A stretch of 64,000 nucleotides of DNA from Sarea resinae. Lineage: Eukaryota. The stretch's first letter is position 1; each line of letters begins with the position of its first letter. The DNA lies in NCBI GenBank assembly GCA_026026165.1, contig JAPEUD010000049.1, forward strand, positions 62,001 through 126,000. The letters are read 5' to 3'. Shown here in pieces: positions 62,446-64,000 of this stretch. The notes below the pieces were generated by a model. The model saw only the letters and a program-made list of their open reading frames with translations. It was not told the origin of the DNA and searched no databases. The position numbers and the translations under genes were made by a program.

Positions 62446-64000
62446 ATGGAAGCAGCAACACCAACACGATCAACCCGCCCGAGGCCTCGGCAAAAGTATA
62501 CCGATGACCCTTTCGAGGCGCTGGAGATCTTGAGCGATGATTCCCGAGGTCAAGAAGACATACCGCAAGTAGACTCCGAGGAGGATGATGAATTCACGCC
62601 GCAGGCCAATCCTCGAGTCCCCTCCGGTCCCAATCTCCTGGACTCTGAGGATGAAGACGCCGAAGGAGGGACGCCGAGAGCGACTGCATCAGCAGTAAAG
62701 AGGCGACGCTTGGGTACACCCCAAGCTGTCAAAGCCATCGGAACTCCTGGCACTCCTGAGACTCCTTCTCGGGCCGCATCCCATGGCTTTACTGCCCCTC
62801 CAAGCACTAGCCAAAGGTTCTTCAGCCGTGGTGTGCCAGAGCTCGCAAGGCACGCTGGGAAAAAGGACCACTTTACTTCTCTCTTCGGGAGTGGGGCAGA
62901 GGACTTAGCCAGCATCATCTCTGCCAGAGACAAATGGAGCAATGGACCGACACTGCCGCAAAGAGAAAAGGACAAGTATGGCTTTGGTGGTCTCGGCTAT
63001 AGCTTTTTCTACACGGAAGACCAAAGAAAGCAAGAAGCGTCAAAAGGATGGAATTGGTACTATGAACAAGGCGGGAGGCAAGCTTTCGAGGAGGATCAGC
63101 GAATGGAAACCTTGGCTACCGCCGACGGAGAAAAGTATTTGCCACGATCCTCTAACAGTGATCGCAAATTCTTGATGGGGCCCTATGGAAAGCAGCGGAT
63201 GTTCAATCTGCCAGTGAATTCTCACATGGACATCGAAGCCGGCTGGAGACCCGCGAGCCAAGCATGCGATGACGGGGTCGGCAATGGGACAGCAAACGAA
63301 ATCCGGCGGCCCGGTTGGATCCTGAATGTTGGCTGCAAGGTCCAGTGTATGGATTGGGCTCCCAATCAAGGCGGAGAGCTTCAATTCCTAGCAATATCAA
63401 CTTTCGCAACAAAGAAAACAGCCGCTGAAGAAGCCATGCCTGTTCCGGGCCTTGGAGAGCCCGTCGTTGCCCCGGCATTTGCTCCCTCACGTCCATCGAC
63501 CGCCTCGATTCAAATCTGGCGATTCTCATCTTTACCAAATGGGAAGCCATCTATGGATCCAGAACAGTCCCCCAAACTGCAAATGGTCATTTGCACTGAC
63601 TGGGGTGGTGTGAAGCAATTCAGATGGTGTCCTACTCTGAGGGAGACGCGAGAAACTGAGCAAGAGGGTTTCATCAATTTGGGATTACTTGCAGGAGTGT
63701 GGGCAGACGGCAGAGTTCGAGTCCTTGATGTTCGGTGTCCAATTGACCCAGCAGCAGCACCACATTACCGTTAGTCAATTATCTGTGTGCTTTGAGAAAA
63801 TCATACTAAAAAGCTTGTAGTCCATGTCACCAATGTCGCCTTCGAGGCAAGGCCCCCGGACGCCATCTGCACATGCGTCGACTGGATCTCAAGCAGTGAT
63901 TTAGCTGTCGGCTGTGCGAACGGCTTCGTGGCTATCTGGAGCTTCGTCGCACATCTCACTTCGCGGCCCTCCAAACCCGCCTTTTCACCTGTTCCATGGT
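62446..64000 (+). CDS. TFIIIC subunit Tfc6-like WD40 protein (partial, runs off the window; intron 63770-63820)
   Basis: An acidic/low-complexity N-terminus, then GWILNVG..VQCMDWAPNQ, ASIQIW, ICTDWG.VKQFRWCP, LGLLAGVWADGRVRVLD and LAVGCANGFVAIW, which are WD-like blades resembling fungal Tfc6. Confidence 0.7.

Overview
Eukaryotic, intron-rich DNA from a filamentous ascomycete (Pezizomycotina-like gene content and splice signals). It contains 16 recognisable protein genes (the last runs off the right edge) and one tRNA-Arg(CCG). The centre (16.1-43.7 kb) is a ferrichrome-type siderophore cluster: a ~17.4 kb NRPS with A-T-C x4 + T-C-T-C architecture, a divergently transcribed full-length ABCB/MDR transporter, and L-ornithine N5-oxygenase (sidA). 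Its promoters carry SreA-type ATCWGATAA boxes and an exactly 11-bp-phased array of PacC-type GCCAAG sites. The flanks hold housekeeping genes, mostly in head-to-head pairs (SSF1/RRP3, NST1/RHO2, MRPL28/DPM1, RING-CH/TFC6-like), plus PCM1, PER1, HMT1, a DUF3292-like gene and an Mx-like dynamin. The most unusual observation is that the Mx-like dynamin carries a Nup98/Nup116-type GLEBS (Gle2/Rae1-binding)-like motif inserted in its stalk. Exon boundaries were read by eye, and no database searches were run.
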